DNA of 63,593 nt, counting the filler, from Cercozoa sp. M6MM (taxonomy: Eukaryota; Protista; Endomyxa: Ascetosporea): assembly GCA_040357565.1 (NCBI GenBank). It is 16 parts of 16 records of this genome, joined end to end, with 100 filler letters (N's around TTAATTAATTAA, not from the genome) between each part and the next. Parts side by side here need not be neighbours in the genome. Positions count along the whole stretch, not along the records: positions 45,463 to 52,011 come from JBDODJ010000721.1; positions 52,112 to 58,798 come from JBDODJ010000706.1; positions 58,899 to 63,593 come from JBDODJ010001075.1; 13 more parts are not named here. One strand, given 5' to 3'. Each line of letters starts with the position of its first letter. Positions within the stretch are counted from its first letter, which is position 1. Positions 47,240 to 60,565 of this stretch are shown here, piece by piece. The position numbers were made by a program, and so were the translations under genes. The notes beneath the pieces were generated by a model, which made no database searches, was not told the origin of the DNA, and was given only the letters and a program-made list of their open reading frames with translations.

Positions 47240-49137
47240 ATGGAACGGCAGCTGCAAAAACTGCGCGAACAGTTATCGCAACACGACGCCTCTCTTCTGG
47301 GTATCGGTGTTTTTCTTGCGCACGTGCGGTGATTGAACGTCATTTGTGTTAATTTAGATCAACTCAAGGAGTTTGACGCCTTGCACGCGTTTAGCTACCC
47401 CCAACGTGAGAAACTATGCAAACGAATTTCTGCTGTGATGTTTCAACAAGACGACGTCGTGTTTGAGCAAGGCGATGCTGGCACGAGTATCTATCTGATC
47501 ATACAGGGAGTCTTCGAGGTCACGCAGACCGACAGCGACGGGAATTTGTCGTCACTCGCAATGCTACACGCAGGCGAATCATTTGGAGAACTAGCCGGCA
47601 TGGAAATGAGTGCCAACAACGAAGACACCGGGCACCGACCTTCGATCACAGGGATTCGCTCTTCGACTGTCGTAGCTCGTGTTGAGAGTATCTGCCTGAA
47701 GGTTCCCTGGAAATCCCTCGCTGCCGTCAAACGCTCGGAGGAACTGCAAACAGGAGAAGCAAGCAAAAAGATCGCTCTGTTGGAGCGAATTGGTCTCTTC
47801 AAGCACTTCGCGAAAAAGAAACTGACACAGCTGTCTCTTTGCATGCACAAGCTTTCTATGCAAGCGGGCGATCTTGTAGATGCCGTAGGCTGCTGCTATC
47901 AGTACTCCTGCATATCACCGGGCAGTCTATGTTTACTTTTGTTACAGGAGGGCATGCGGCCATCCCTTTACGTGTACGTGTTGGAGCGAGGAACTGTGAC
48001 CATAAGCGGTTCGGAGCTCGTGACAGCATCCGTCGCGGCGAAACGAAAGCTAACACACAGAAAAAAACGAGTTTCGTTGCTCGAGCTCACTGCACCTGCT
48101 CTGTGCACAAACTACTCGATGTTGAAACCGTTAGTGGCGACCGATACCCAAAAGTCAGGAATTCAACTTGAAAGCTTCGACCCTGACCTGCATTCATCTG
48201 CAGACGAGCAAACCCGAGTGCTGGAACAAAGGTGCTATTCTGACTGTGTGCTCTATCGAATCTCAAAGAGCGACTTCCTTCGAATGGTAACGGGTGTCTC
48301 TCGGCGCAACGTGTTGGCCCAGATGGACAAGTGGCGTCGCTTTGCGTAAGTGAATGCCTAGGATTGTTTTCACACTGAAAGAAGGCGGGAATCGCGTATG
48401 ATGTCTCCAGATACCTGCGGTTGTTGAACGCGACGGCGCGAGAGAAGTCACAGATGCGATATTCCTCTCAGCTTTCGCGTCAAGTGCCTGCGATGACAAG
48501 TCTGAGGGAAGGCGTGAATCAACCGCGACCAATGCCTGAGAATGCTACCGTCCGGCGCATGGTTCTAGGAGAGCGGCTCGCTTTCTTTGACCAAAAAGCC
48601 CAACAGCAAGCGATAGACGTAGCGAAGAAAGCTGTGCGCGATCGAAACTGGCTATCTCTGAAAGAAAACAGTCGGCAAAGTCCGCAAGTCTCTCCTCGGC
48701 GCATTCGGCTTCAAGTTGGCGACAAGTTTATGCCAGTGGGTGAAGTCGTTCCTGTTCGACCGACAACACAGCAGCACGTGTCATCGCCAAAGCCGAGCGC
48801 GAAGCTGTCGGCCTCGTATGAAGCTGCTCTACACGACGACAAGCTATCGCAAGTTTTCGCCGACTTCAAGCGGTGTCGCGAGACCAACGCAAGGACGCAC
48901 GAGATTGACATGAGGCGCAACGTGAGTTCCTGCTCAGCGACCAACTTCCTGGACAATGTCGCTCTTTTTTATGGCGCTCCCAGCACGAGCACTGCGAAAA
49001 GCACAAATGACGACGACCAAGATACCATTGCACTCTCCAAGGTTGTCGACACTGCCAGTGAAAGCCAACTGCAATCGGACAGTCCAGTTCGTATTGGTGA
49101 AGCGACGGTGGTTGAGTCTTCCGTGACCGACCACTAA
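47240..49137 (+). CDS. Cyclic-nucleotide-binding domain protein (tandem cNMP domains)
   Basis: VFEQGDAGTSIYLIIQG..GESFGELA..RSSTVVA plus a second degenerate domain; introns at about 47301-47358, about 47885-47947 and 48346-48410. Confidence 0.85.
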
Positions 49138-49484
49138 CCCCGTCCAATCCAGCAACTGGAATTGAACGTAAGTTTACGTCCGCACTGACAGTGCCTGGGT
49201 GTGCCTAATACGATAAGGTCGCGTTGCGGTTTTAGTTTGTTAGGTTAGACAAGCTAAAGGGAGCGACTTACGTAGACTGGGTCAGCTACAAACTGGAAGC
49301 TGATGCCTTTAGTTTCACCAACTTACGAACTCACAAGAGCTGGCATGGTTCGGTCGCACGCGCCGCGCGGCGTCACTCGTCGACGTATAGCGTACCGCCC
49401 GCCTAAAGTTAAGTACAGGCCGAGTTTAGCTCTAAAGTTTAACCCTGGGCCGAAATCCGCGCCGCCAGTGCAGTTCCGTTCGGT

Positions 49485-51181
49485 TTATTGTGGCCGAGGG
49501 CGCCGAAAAGAGGCCGGGAAGCCGGCGTCCTCCGGGTGCCCGAAGGCGAAGAAGTCGTCAACGTCGCTGCCGATCTCGATATGCTCAAAGACGCCGTCGA
49601 CAGAGTCAGCAACCTGGCGTGCCCAGACATCGGTTGTGTCGCGTGGCATTAGTCGTTCCTTGTACTTCTCCTTGATCACCGGCAAGGCGTCCTCAAGTGC
49701 TTTCTCGCGCCGCCGACTGCGCGGGTGCGTCGTCAAGAAGTCGGCACTGTCGGGAAACAGCGAGAGTGTCACGATGGACAGCTGAAACTTAATAGGAGGA
49801 TAAAAGGACTACAATCCAGGGTCGCTAACCGTGCCGAGTTTGCGACTCATGCTGAGACACTTCTCGGGTGCAATACCGGCAGCAGCACACCTGAGCAGGC
49901 ACACAACACCACAGGTAGTGCACGTGTACTGAATGACAGACAGGGAGAAGCAAGGTAGAAGTGCAAGGCACAGGTGCATTCCGATAAGGTCAGCCTCAAC
50001 TTCGTGATCACGTGAGGACTTGAGCCACCCGAGTTGTGTCGTCGACAGCTGCGTCGTGATGCCACTCAACACGAGGAACAAATCCACCAGCAACAGTGGG
50101 AACAACTGCGGTGTCCTGCAAGAAACAAAAAAAAAAACAGGGATACGGACAGAAATGCAGAAGAAGGAGGGAAGGGAAGGGTACGTCTCAGAGTGGTGTC
50201 TCGCCAAGGCGTGACCGATTTCGTGAGCGATCACTGCAGCCACCTGCAAGGAGTGCAGTCCCAATCCCGCCTGGCCTCAAGGTGACACAGCACAGCAACG
50301 CACCTCATCATCGTCGAGCTGCAGTGCCTCCAGCAGTCCGGTGAAGACGAGGATCTTGCCACCGGCGATGCACATGGCATTAATGGTCGGGTTGTGCACC
50401 ACGACGACTTCCCAATCCTACGGGCAACAGACATGAAGATAAGTAGACCCTGTATCTGTTCAGTAGACACGAGTGAGTGAGTGCACCAGATCACGAAACG
50501 GAGCCAAGTTCGGACACGTCACTTCGTACTGCGAGTTGCGCAGCAGTCCATTCCTACAGTTCGTGTGTGTGCATAGACATGCAGACATACAGACATGCAG
50601 ACATACAGATATGCAGAGATACAGGTATGCATACATACCGACATACACAAACATACACAAAGAGAACTCACTTCATAAGCAACTGCCGCGTAATGTGTTC
50701 GATACGATGATGCACAGGGTGGTTCCGTGGCAGCAATTCACGCTGCGCGTTGAACTGCACCTTGAGCTGCATCCAAGACACTCGATATATCGCATCGAGA
50801 TGTAAATTCTTCGGTCTCAATACAAAATATACCTGCTGGTATCCGGCGGCGCCTTTAGAAATCTCCTCGGAGAACGGAACAATCACGAGCTGCTTTCGTT
50901 CCGTAAACGGCACCTCAGTGTTTGTCATGTACGGGCTCGCTCTGATCAAGCAAGGCCAGGTAAACACAGGAAAAGAAGAAACGTCTTTCAGTGAGCACGT
51001 ACAGCAACCAGACGCCGCTAAAGACGCCAAAGCCAATGAGGTAGCGCTGGCCCTTTGGACTGCGGATCGTCTTCCAGACCACCTGTCGGCGTCGGCGAGG
51101 ACCGAAATCATTGCGCTGTAAGAAACGTGCCTGGGCCAACCGTGCAGACCTTTGCTGCCTCACCAGCAGGCGTGAAATCAT
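49485..51181 (-). CDS. OMA1: Mitochondrial metalloendopeptidase OMA1 (peptidase M48)
   Basis: VPFTERKQL, DWEVVVVHNPTINAMCIAGGKILVFTGLL, VIAHEIGHALARH (HEXXH), SRDHEVEADLIG and FLTTHP; Arg-rich presequence. Confidence 0.9.
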
Positions 51182-51373
51182 ATCCTTCCACGGCAATTGC
51201 ACCGTAGCTTCTAACTTGCGACCGATCTAAGCACCAAATTGCTGGTTAGAGAGAGTTTGCAGTCACTTGGCTGCCCGGATTTCGCGTATCCATCGGCTCG
51301 TCGGAGAGCCGAAAAAATTGACAGCTGCTCCGTCGATTGCCGCCTAGAGTGTGCTGCACGCAGTGCATATGAA

Positions 51374-51908
51374 ATGCAGCAGCAGCAGGAGCATGTTCTG
51401 CGAAATCTAGCCAAACTCGTTGACAGCATTGCCGCTGAGCAGTGAGTTTTTCAGTAATTTGCGTGTGCGCTAGTGCGTGTACCTAGTATGTAATGGTGAT
51501 CGGCGCACATGGGACATGCGCTAGCGCAGTGTGCAATGTGTGTACTTTTTCGAACTGGGGGGGGGGGGGATCATTCTGCCAGGTTTTCCGACAGTGCGTG
51601 TTTCCCTTTTTGATGGCGGTGTGTTGTGCAACCTTGCGTCAGAAGCGATCTCAACGGACGGCAGCTGCGTCTGAGCGAGCAGGAGTTCCAGCGCGCGCTA
51701 TCGCTGTCGTCGGCGCTGCTGTCGGCGCGAGTGGCTACACTCTCTGGTAGGTGTGCCTACGCAGTGTAGGGCACCTTTACCCCCCCTTATCCCCCTTTAA
51801 CTCTCCCTAATTCTCCTCTTTACCCCCGGGGACACAGATGAGAACGACATGGACAGCGCCGTGCATGCCGTGCTGCGCGAGACGCGGTCCGACCCGGCCG
51901 TGTACCGC
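51374..51908 (+). CDS. Possible gamma-tubulin complex component 3 (GCP3) N-terminus; 3' partial
   Basis: Three exons: VLRNLAKLVDSI..QEFQRALSLSSALLSARVATLSDENDM.., similar to the GCP3 N-terminal helical domain. Confidence 0.45.
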
Positions 51909-52127
51909 GTAGGACACACTTACCCTCTGCCTTCTACCCCCTCTTGACCCCCCTCTCTCTCTCCTTCCTTTTACCCCTCTTTCTCTCTTTACCCCTGTAC
52001 CTCTTCACGCCNNNNNNNNNNNNNNNNNNNNNNNNNNNNNNNNNNNNNNNNNNNNTTAATTAATTAANNNNNNNNNNNNNNNNNNNNNNNNNNNNNNNNN
52101 NNNNNNNNNNNGGGTAAATGAAGAAGT

Positions 52128-54269
52128 ACGCCAGACTTGTCGTCGAGTTCGGCGAGTCGTTGCGAGAGCAGCTGGCGCGCGCGCTGGTGTCCGCGCACGT
52201 CCTGTTGACTCGACTCGGCCTCGGCCTCGGCCGCTTCGGCTTCTTGCGTCAGTTTGGCCTGTGCCAGGGGGATGTGAGAAGGGAGTACAGAGGATGGGGA
52301 GGGGAAAACGTGCTACCTGACGCTGCTTCAAAGCTTCCACGCGCACACGAGTGCGATTGCGTTCCGACTCTGCCGGGGGGGGGGGGGGGCAAAGGGGTGA
52401 TGGGGGTAATAGGGTAGAAGCAATCCAGACACACCAGCAGACTCGAGTTTTTGTTGCGCCGCATCGACTTGACGCACCTTTAACAAAAGCGACATGTGCG
52501 GGGTGGAGGTGGGGTGAAACAGTCTACCTGTTCGGCGCAGGTGCGACGTGCTTCGGCATCGAGACGACGATATTCGCGTAACTGTTCCTCTGACAGTGCC
52601 TGGCCGGCCTCTTGCGACAACTGGGGGAGGGGTACAGGGGTTAGGATATGTAGGGAAGGGGTAGGGCAGAAAACACCTTGCGCTGCATCTCCTGCTCCTT
52701 GGCGCTGAGTTGTTGCTGCAGCTGCGAGATATCGGCCTGCGTGGACTCGACAATCTTGGTGATACGTTCGACATTGTGCGCCGCCTGCTGCGCCGCCTGC
52801 TCGGCCTTGCGCGTCGACCGCTGCATCGCCTTGTGTTTCTCGCGACGCCGCACTGCCTCTTTCTGCCCAGTGCGCACGAGAAGTCAGGGTGGTCAGGGGT
52901 ATACGGGTATCAGGGGTACACAGAATATAAGGGGTAAACTGGTAAGGGACAAACAAAGAACAGACTGACCTGAGCATCGTCTGACAGTTCCTGCTTGGTG
53001 GTCACTTGCTTCTGCACGCGCTGCATCTTGACCAGAGCGGCACGGACTTGCTTGGCAGCCTGATGAGAGGGCACAGGTAGCATCATACCAAGGGGGTAGG
53101 GCAATAGGGTAAGGTAGGGTAGGGTAGGGGTTACCTGCTTGGCCTGTCGGTCAGCGTCGCCGTGTTCCTGCAGAAGTTCGTCGAGCGAGCGGCGGTGCTG
53201 ATCGATGAGTTGCTGCGCCTGCTTGCGGTCCTGCTCCATGTGGTACAACTGGAACAGAAACAGGTCGCGCAGCAGCTCGCGTCGTCGCAACTGCAGCGAC
53301 TCGAACTGCTCGGCCTCCTTCTTCTGCATCTGCATCAGGCGTTTCTCTGCACACACACACACACACACACACACCCACCCCCCCCACCCCCCGGAGCCGG
53401 GGGGGGGGGAGGGGGTAAACCAGCGTCCTCACCCTTCTGCATGGTGTTGCGGCGCTCCATGCGCTGGTCCAGCACGTGCTCGGCATCGTCGCGCTTCTTG
53501 GCCAGCTCGTCTATCCAGGAAAACAGAGGTAGGTATGCGTGTGTGTATGGGGGGGGGGGGGGTAAAACGAAGGGGGTATACCATATTGCTTGGCCATGTC
53601 GGCAGCGCCGCTGATCTGCTGCAACAGCGTCGACAGGTGCGTCGGGTCCATGGCGGCGATCTTGTCGACATCGCCTTGGAAGACGAGGAAGTTCTTGTTG
53701 CGCACCATCACACCTGCACAAATAAGCTTGCACCTACGTGCTTAGGGAGGATGGAGGGGTCTACCAGCCACCGACTCGAGCGAGGCCAGATAATCTTTCT
53801 GCCGGACGGTGCGTCCGTCCACCTGGTATCGGCACTGACTGCCGTGGATACTGCGTCGGAATGCGACTTCTCCATCGCCCTCTACAGCCAGGTAGGGTGA
53901 CTTTAAGAAACAGAGAAAGAACAGAGAGGAGAACAACACACCTTTGTTGGCCAAGTGCATTTCGACATAGGTCTCCAGCGAGTCGTCCAGTTCCTGCGAG
54001 TTGCCGGCTCGGAACACCAAGTCACGCAGCTGCGAACCGCGCAGCTGATCCGTGCGCACCAGTAGAACGAACGACACTGCGTCCTATACATATGAGATTA
54101 GGGTACACTTAAAACGCAAGCATAGAGCAATGGGTGTATGCACCATGAGGTTCGACTTGCCAGAGCCATTTGGTCCAATCACGCACGAAAAGCGCTTGAA
54201 CGGACCAATCTCATGCCGACCTCCGTAGGACTTGAAGTTGCACACCACCAATTTACTCAGGCCGCCCAT
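52128..54269 (-). CDS. SMC1: Cohesin subunit SMC1; 3' partial
   Basis: [71 protein letters not shown]. Confidence 0.95.
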
Positions 54270-54879
54270 CGGAGCACTGAAAACAGGAGAAAACAATGAT
54301 AAAGTTTGAGGTTCAGTGCTTGGAGGAAAATCATTGCCCTGGAATCAAGTCTGAATAACGGTACCTCCTGGCGGCGATTGACAGGTTCCACGGGCGTCCG
54401 GTGGTTGATGCTAATCCCGTGAGCGTGCCTCTCGGTCGACAGTGGGTCTTGGGAGCAACAAGGGCTGTTTTGGCGCCGAGTCACGCCGAGCCAGTACAAC
54501 ACAAAGAATGGAGATTTTGGGAGGTGTTCTCTCACTTAAAGTAAATTTCATGCTACTACAATGTAGGAAACTGGATTAACACAATTATACACACAAGGAA
54601 ATCTCGAAGTTTGTTCTGATTCGAGGCAGAGCATCCCAAACGATTAAAAGGCCCAGCTCTGCGGCTAGGAGCTCCTTGGACTGCTGCAGTACAGGTTTCG
54701 CTTGTGAGAGAGCGAGAGAGTGTGCTGTGAGTGTAGTGAATCCCAGCTGGCCCCAGAGTCGGTTTGGGTGTGGTCTTGGAAGCGTTTCCAGGGTCACAAA
54801 CACTCTGCAATCAGGCGCCAGTTGACGTAGAGCAGGACGGACACAGAAGTCACAGAGGTTCGCACAGAGAATCGACTCG

Positions 54880-57800
54880 ATGGAACGGCGGACGGAATGT
54901 CAGCACACACGGCGCTTTGGCGCCAGCTTCACAAGCATGTACATTGACTACCTGGAAAAGGCACGCACGTTGATGCCATCGGTAGCCTAGCTTGCTTGCT
55001 TGCTTCCTTCCTGTCGTGTTTTCTTTCTGCCTCCCTTTCTTCCCTTCTCTGCGGCTCCCTTATCAAACATCTCATAATGGCATGTCTTGCAGCGCAAGTG
55101 CCGCGAGTGTGGCGAGTCGATTCCGCGCGCGCACTCGCACGCGTGTCTGGAGTGTCAGTTTATCTTCTGCGACGCCGACGTCGTGGACCACGCGCGACTG
55201 CACGCGCTGCACGAGCAGCACCACCTGATGCTTGATCTGGACACACTCGTCGTGCGGTGTCACACATGTCGCCGCGTCGTGTTCCGTGAAGGTAGCTTGG
55301 TGTCTGCGGCCTTTTGACCTTGACCCACTGACCTTTTGACTTGACCTTTACCTCCTCCCAGAGGACGTGCGAAACGAGGCGCCGTCGACAGCCGATACGA
55401 GCAGCACGTGCAGCGACAGCGACGCCGATGACGAAACCAAGACACCGACGGGTGATGCCATGCAGCAGGATGACGAGGAGTGGGATCGACCGCAGCTGCC
55501 GGAGCACTCGCCGGCCGCGTGCGAGTACGACCGCGTGGCACTCGAGCAGGTGCACAACTCGAGGCACGCCGCCTCGGCCATGCGACTGTGTCTCGTGGAC
55601 GAGCGCGCCTCCAAGCAGCCCTGTGTGCTGGCAACGCCCTTCCTGTCGGACGATGTGCGTCTCGCCGACCTGTCCACTATGGTACCCCACCCTTCCCGTC
55701 TACACACTCCAACCCCAACACCCTATCCTTTACCCCACCACACCCTCTAAGAGACCCTTTCTACCTCTACATTGTGCCCCTCGGACAGGCACGACCTGTG
55801 AGTATGCCGCCGCCCGATGTGCCGCTAGCGTCGGCCCTCCTGGGCCAACGCGACTCGGTGCTGTCGCTGCTGGCGTCGCCCAACAGTGGTCGCGTCGGCT
55901 ACAACAACCTGGGCAACACGTGCTTTCTCAATGCGGCACTGCAGGTACACCACGTGTCTGTGTGTGCGTGTCTGTGTCTGTGTGTCTGTGTGTCTGTGTG
56001 TGTCTGTGTCTGTGTTGGCTACTCGGTTACCTTGTGACGGTGGTTTGTGTGTTGTCGAAACAGGTGCTGCTGCACGTGCCGCACGTGATTCGTCTCTTTG
56101 GCGATCAGACCTTTCTGCTGCAGCTGCCGCCGCAGTCGCGTCCGCGCATGGCGCGCCAGATGCTGCGAGAGGTAGTGTTCTTGCCCTCCCCCCCGTTATC
56201 CCATCTTACCCGCCTCTTCCCCTTGGCCAGGTACGTGACTACTGGTCGGTGTCGTCGCGGTCGAAGCGTAGACAGCAAGAGGAGCGCACGCGGAGTCCGC
56301 GCGAGATCTTCCAGGCTCTCATGGTGGCCAACCCGATGTTCGGCGGCTTTGGTCAGCACGACAGCACCGAGGCACTGCACACGCTGCTGGACCAGCTGCA
56401 CGAGGCGGCGCGATACCCTAAGGCGCACGTTGCCTTCCACGTGCGCGAGCAGGCGCGGCGGCGCGGCGTGGCGCCTGTCGACGACGTCGAGTCGGCGCGC
56501 GGCGTCAAGTCTATCGGCGACCTGCCGAGCACGCCGCGTCTGTCCAAGAAGCGCGCCGACATTGACGCCTCGCGGGTACCTGTCCCTGCTGCCTCCTTAC
56601 CATGCACTCTACCCATGCACTCTACCTATGCACTCTACCCATGCACTCTACCCTGCCGCTACCCTACCTGCCCTATCACCCTGTCTACCACATACCCTAC
56701 TCCTGCCTAAACGTTTCGACCTGCGCAGAGAGACCGCGACGGCCGCACGCCGCGTCGCAAGCGGCGCCAGCGCTCGCGTGGCGCACTTCGCAGCCTCTTC
56801 AGGTATATATATATAAGAATAAGATATGGATACATCTATATATATATATATATGTATGCACATGTTTGGGAGCAGTGACGACTCCTCGAGCAACGACAGC
56901 AGCGGCGGCAAGAAGGACGCCACGGCGGCCGGTAGCAAAAGCAATACTGGCAGCGACGAGGTGCTGCCCGAGTTCAAGCGCTTCAATTCGCCCGTGTACG
57001 ACACCTTCCAAGGCCTGCTGCAGCAGTGCGTGACCTGCACGGCATGCGGTCACGAGTCGCACACGCAGCAGCCCTTCCTGGACGTGCCGCTGGCACTGCC
57101 GTCGGCCGAAGCACTGCGTCGTGCCGCCGCCGAACGAGGCTGCAACGTGCGCTGGAACGACAGTCTGAGTTCCAAGCTGATCTCCTTTGTGGTAGCTCCC
57201 ATCCCATGCTCCTTGTTGCCTTGCCCTCTCCCCTATCTCTGTGGTACCTCCTGTTGACAGGGTTTCGGTCCGAGTCCTGTGCTGAACCTGCGCGTGTGTC
57301 TGCACGCCTTCTGCACGAGTGAAGAGATTGGTGGCAGCGGTGACAGCACGGGCTATCGATGCGAGCAGTGCAGCGAAACTGGCCAGGCACGTAAACAGGT
57401 CGCGTTCGAGAAGTTGCCCGAAGTGCTCTGCATCTCGCTCAAGCGCTTCTCGCACAACCGATGGTTTTACCTGTCTTCCTACCCTCCCCTTTACTCCAAC
57501 CCATACCCTTTATTCTCCCACCTTTCCACGTAAGCAGGTGGGGCGCCTCCAAGCGCGGCGACAGCGTGCAGTTCCCGCTGCACGGCCTCGACCTGAGCGA
57601 GTTCGTGCAGGCCAAGTCGGATGAGGATGAGCAGGACAACGCCATGCGCGATGACTCCCAGGACCACACCTCGCGGGAACAGCGACAACAGGAAGGTCAG
57701 TACGTGTACGACCTGTGCGGCCTCATCAATCACTCGGGCGGCACCGGTGGTGGGCACTACGTTGCCATGACACGGCACCCGGTGTCGGGCCGCTGGTTCA

Positions 57801-58707
57801 AGTTCGACGACGACCTTGTCTCTGCTGTACCGTGCTGTCTATGTATCTCTCTCGATAGCCCGATCGCCACCGTGCACGTGTCACACAGGTGTCCGAGTCG
57901 GAGGTGGCATCCACGCAGGCGTACTACCTGGTGTACACGCGGCGGCGGCCGAAACCTCTGACGCTGGCCGACCTGGGTCTGCAGGAGACAACGACTGCGG
58001 CGACGAGTGCTGCGCCGGAGCTGCCGCCGCACACGGTGTCCAACTCGGTGTCGTCTCCCTCGCTGTCGCGCAACCGACCGCCGCCGCTCGACATTGCGCT
58101 GACCAAGGTGATGCCGCCTGCCTCGTCGGGTGCTCCCAACGCCGACGACAACGACGCACTCCTGCTGTCGCGTCGCTGGCTGCACAAACTCGACCGCTTC
58201 GTGCATCCCGGGCCGATCGACAACGCACCCTTGCTGTGCGCGCACGGGCGCCGTCGTCCGTACACACTGCTTCTCTTTGCCCACATACCTATGCACTACT
58301 GTACTTCCTGGCAGATCGCGTGATGTGCGAGACCTGTGCGTGCCGGTGCCGCGTCGTCTGTTCGATGCATTGGCTGCGTATGTCTTGCACTCTACCCTCC
58401 CCCTCTAGTACCTGTCATCCTTGGCGATGCTTGTCTTAGTCGATACGGCGACGGCGTGCGCACGCGTGCCTCGACGAGCGACACGGGCAACTTCTGCGCC
58501 GAGTGCGCGCAGCAGCAGCTCGAGCGGCACCGGCGCTGGATCGATGAGAACATGCGCATGCGGCAGGGCAAGCCGGGCGACCACGCCATGCGACAGCGAC
58601 AGCGACAGTTCGTGCTGAGCGAGAGCTGGCTGCGCCGACTGCGAGACTTTATCAAATCGCGCAGTGACGAGCTACCCGGGCCCATCGCCAACCTCGACTT
58701 GATGCTT
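54880..58707 (+). CDS. Ubiquitin-specific protease, USP20/USP33-like (ZnF-UBP, USP, two DUSP); 3' partial
   Basis: ZnF-UBP CRECG..ACLEC..DHARLH..CHTC; Cys box NLGNTCFLNAALQ; QHDSTE; His box HSGGTGGGHYVA..WFKFDD; DUSP motifs PGPIDN and PGPIAN. Confidence 0.92.
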
Positions 58708-58741
58708 GTATATATCGATAAATCTATATATTATACATTTA

Positions 58742-58798
<57 letters not shown>

Positions 58799-58922
58799 NN
58801 NNNNNNNNNNNNNNNNNNNNNNNNNNNNNNNNNNNNNNNNNNTTAATTAATTAANNNNNNNNNNNNNNNNNNNNNNNNNNNNNNNNNNNNNNNNNNNNCC
58901 CCCCTTTACCCCCCTGTGGCAG

Positions 58923-60420
58923 GGAGTGACGCTGCTGGAGTTGATCGAGCAGCGACGCGCGCCGAGTGCCGGTGCCGCGTGGCAGCGATTGCGACAGCAA
59001 CCGGTCACTGTAGTACCGGCCCCGCGGTAGGTCTTTGCACTTCCGCGCGGATGTGTGTATCCACGCGGATGCAATTGTTTTTTCTTCTGTAGAGTCAACG
59101 AGGACGTTCCGGAATCGATTGTATCACTTTGTCACTCGTTTAACCCCCTGTTTACCCCACTATTTACACCCCTATTTACCTCCCTACTTACACCTCTATA
59201 TACCCCCCTATATACCCCCCCTATATACACCCCTATATACCTCCCTATATACACCCCTATATACCTCCCTATTTACACCCCTATATACTCCCCTATATAC
59301 ACCCCTATATACACCCCTATATACACCCCTATATACNNNNNNNNNNTACACCCCTATATACACCCCTATATACACCCCTATATACACCCCTATTTACCTC
59401 CCTATTTACCTCCCTATTTACACTCCTATATACCTCCGTGTTTACCTCCCTGTTTACCCCCCCTCCCCGGGCAGCACAAGCTGTGTAGTTTGGTGGAGCG
59501 CATGCTGCGACGAGTGCCGGGAGAGCGACCGAGTGCCGCGCAGTGCCTTGCCGAGATCGACGCCATTCTGGTTTCACCCCCCTCCTTACCCCCCACACTA
59601 CCCCATCCTTTACCCCTTTACCCCCTCCCCCTGATGACTTCAGAATCCGTCGAAGCAAGCGAAAGAGTTGGTGCTTTTGCGGAGACGAGTGCAGGAGGTG
59701 TGCTTTGTTGTGCCTTGTTGTTGTTTTTTGTATTTCTGTATTTATTCATTTTGGTTTTTTTTCAATTATTTAGATGTTATATATTTATTTGTTTGCTTAT
59801 TTATTTGCTTATTTCTTTCTCTATTTATTGATATATATATATATATATATAGATATATATGTTTTTTGTTGGTTTATTTGTTGGTTTATTTGTTGATTTA
59901 TTTATTTGTTTATTTCTTTGTTGATTTCTTTACTGTTTGTTTATTTGTTTATTTCTTTGTTGATGTATTTACTGATTTATTTATTGTGTTTTTTGTTTGT
60001 GTATTTTCTGTGTTTGAAGAATTTCTTGGTCTATGTGTTTTATTTCGATACATTCTTTCTGTGTTTCTCACTGTATTTTCGGTTTGGTGGTTTCCGTATC
60101 TGCCAGCTGACTCGTTTGTCGACATGTGAATTCTGCAGATGGAGATGCAGCTGCACCAGCAGCCGCCCGTGTCGCCAGTGTCGTCGCCCTGCCGTCATCC
60201 ACACACGGACCGCCCGGTCGCCATCACTGTCACCGACGAGCACGCGGATGAGCACGTGGCGCACCGTCCCACCGACGCCAGTCACACTGTCGGTCGCACC
60301 GTCAGTACTAGTTGCACCGTCAGCAGTCACCGTCTGACGCCGCTCTGCAGTCGACAGACGTCGCCGCGCCTGCATACGCCGCCAACGCCCGCGCTGCCCG
60401 ACGACTGCCCCGTTGACTAA
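58923..60420 (+). CDS. Wee1/Myt1-like protein kinase, C-terminal fragment
   Basis: GVTLLELIEQRRAPSAGAAWQRLRQ..LVERMLRRVPGERPSAAQCL (kinase subdomains IX-XI). Confidence 0.7.
59140..59460. repeat. Intronic (TATACACCCCTA/TTTACCTCCCTA)n minisatellite
   Basis: 12-mer array with an N gap, in a kinase intron. Confidence 0.92.
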
Positions 60421-60565
60421 CCTCGTTTATTTATCCCGTTGACAACCTCTAACCCGCTCTTGCGCTCCCATAACCTCGCGTCAGTTTTGCAACGCAAAAT
60501 CGAGTCGCTAGCAAACACAACTCAGTACTACAGTATTTAGTCTCGTGGCGTGTGTCAGGCGTGGA

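Noticed and set aside
4391-58898. TTAATTAATTAA palindrome repeated 15 times
   Set aside because: It is always centred in 88 Ns, so it is an artificial six-frame-stop contig linker. Gene neighbourhoods across it are not real.
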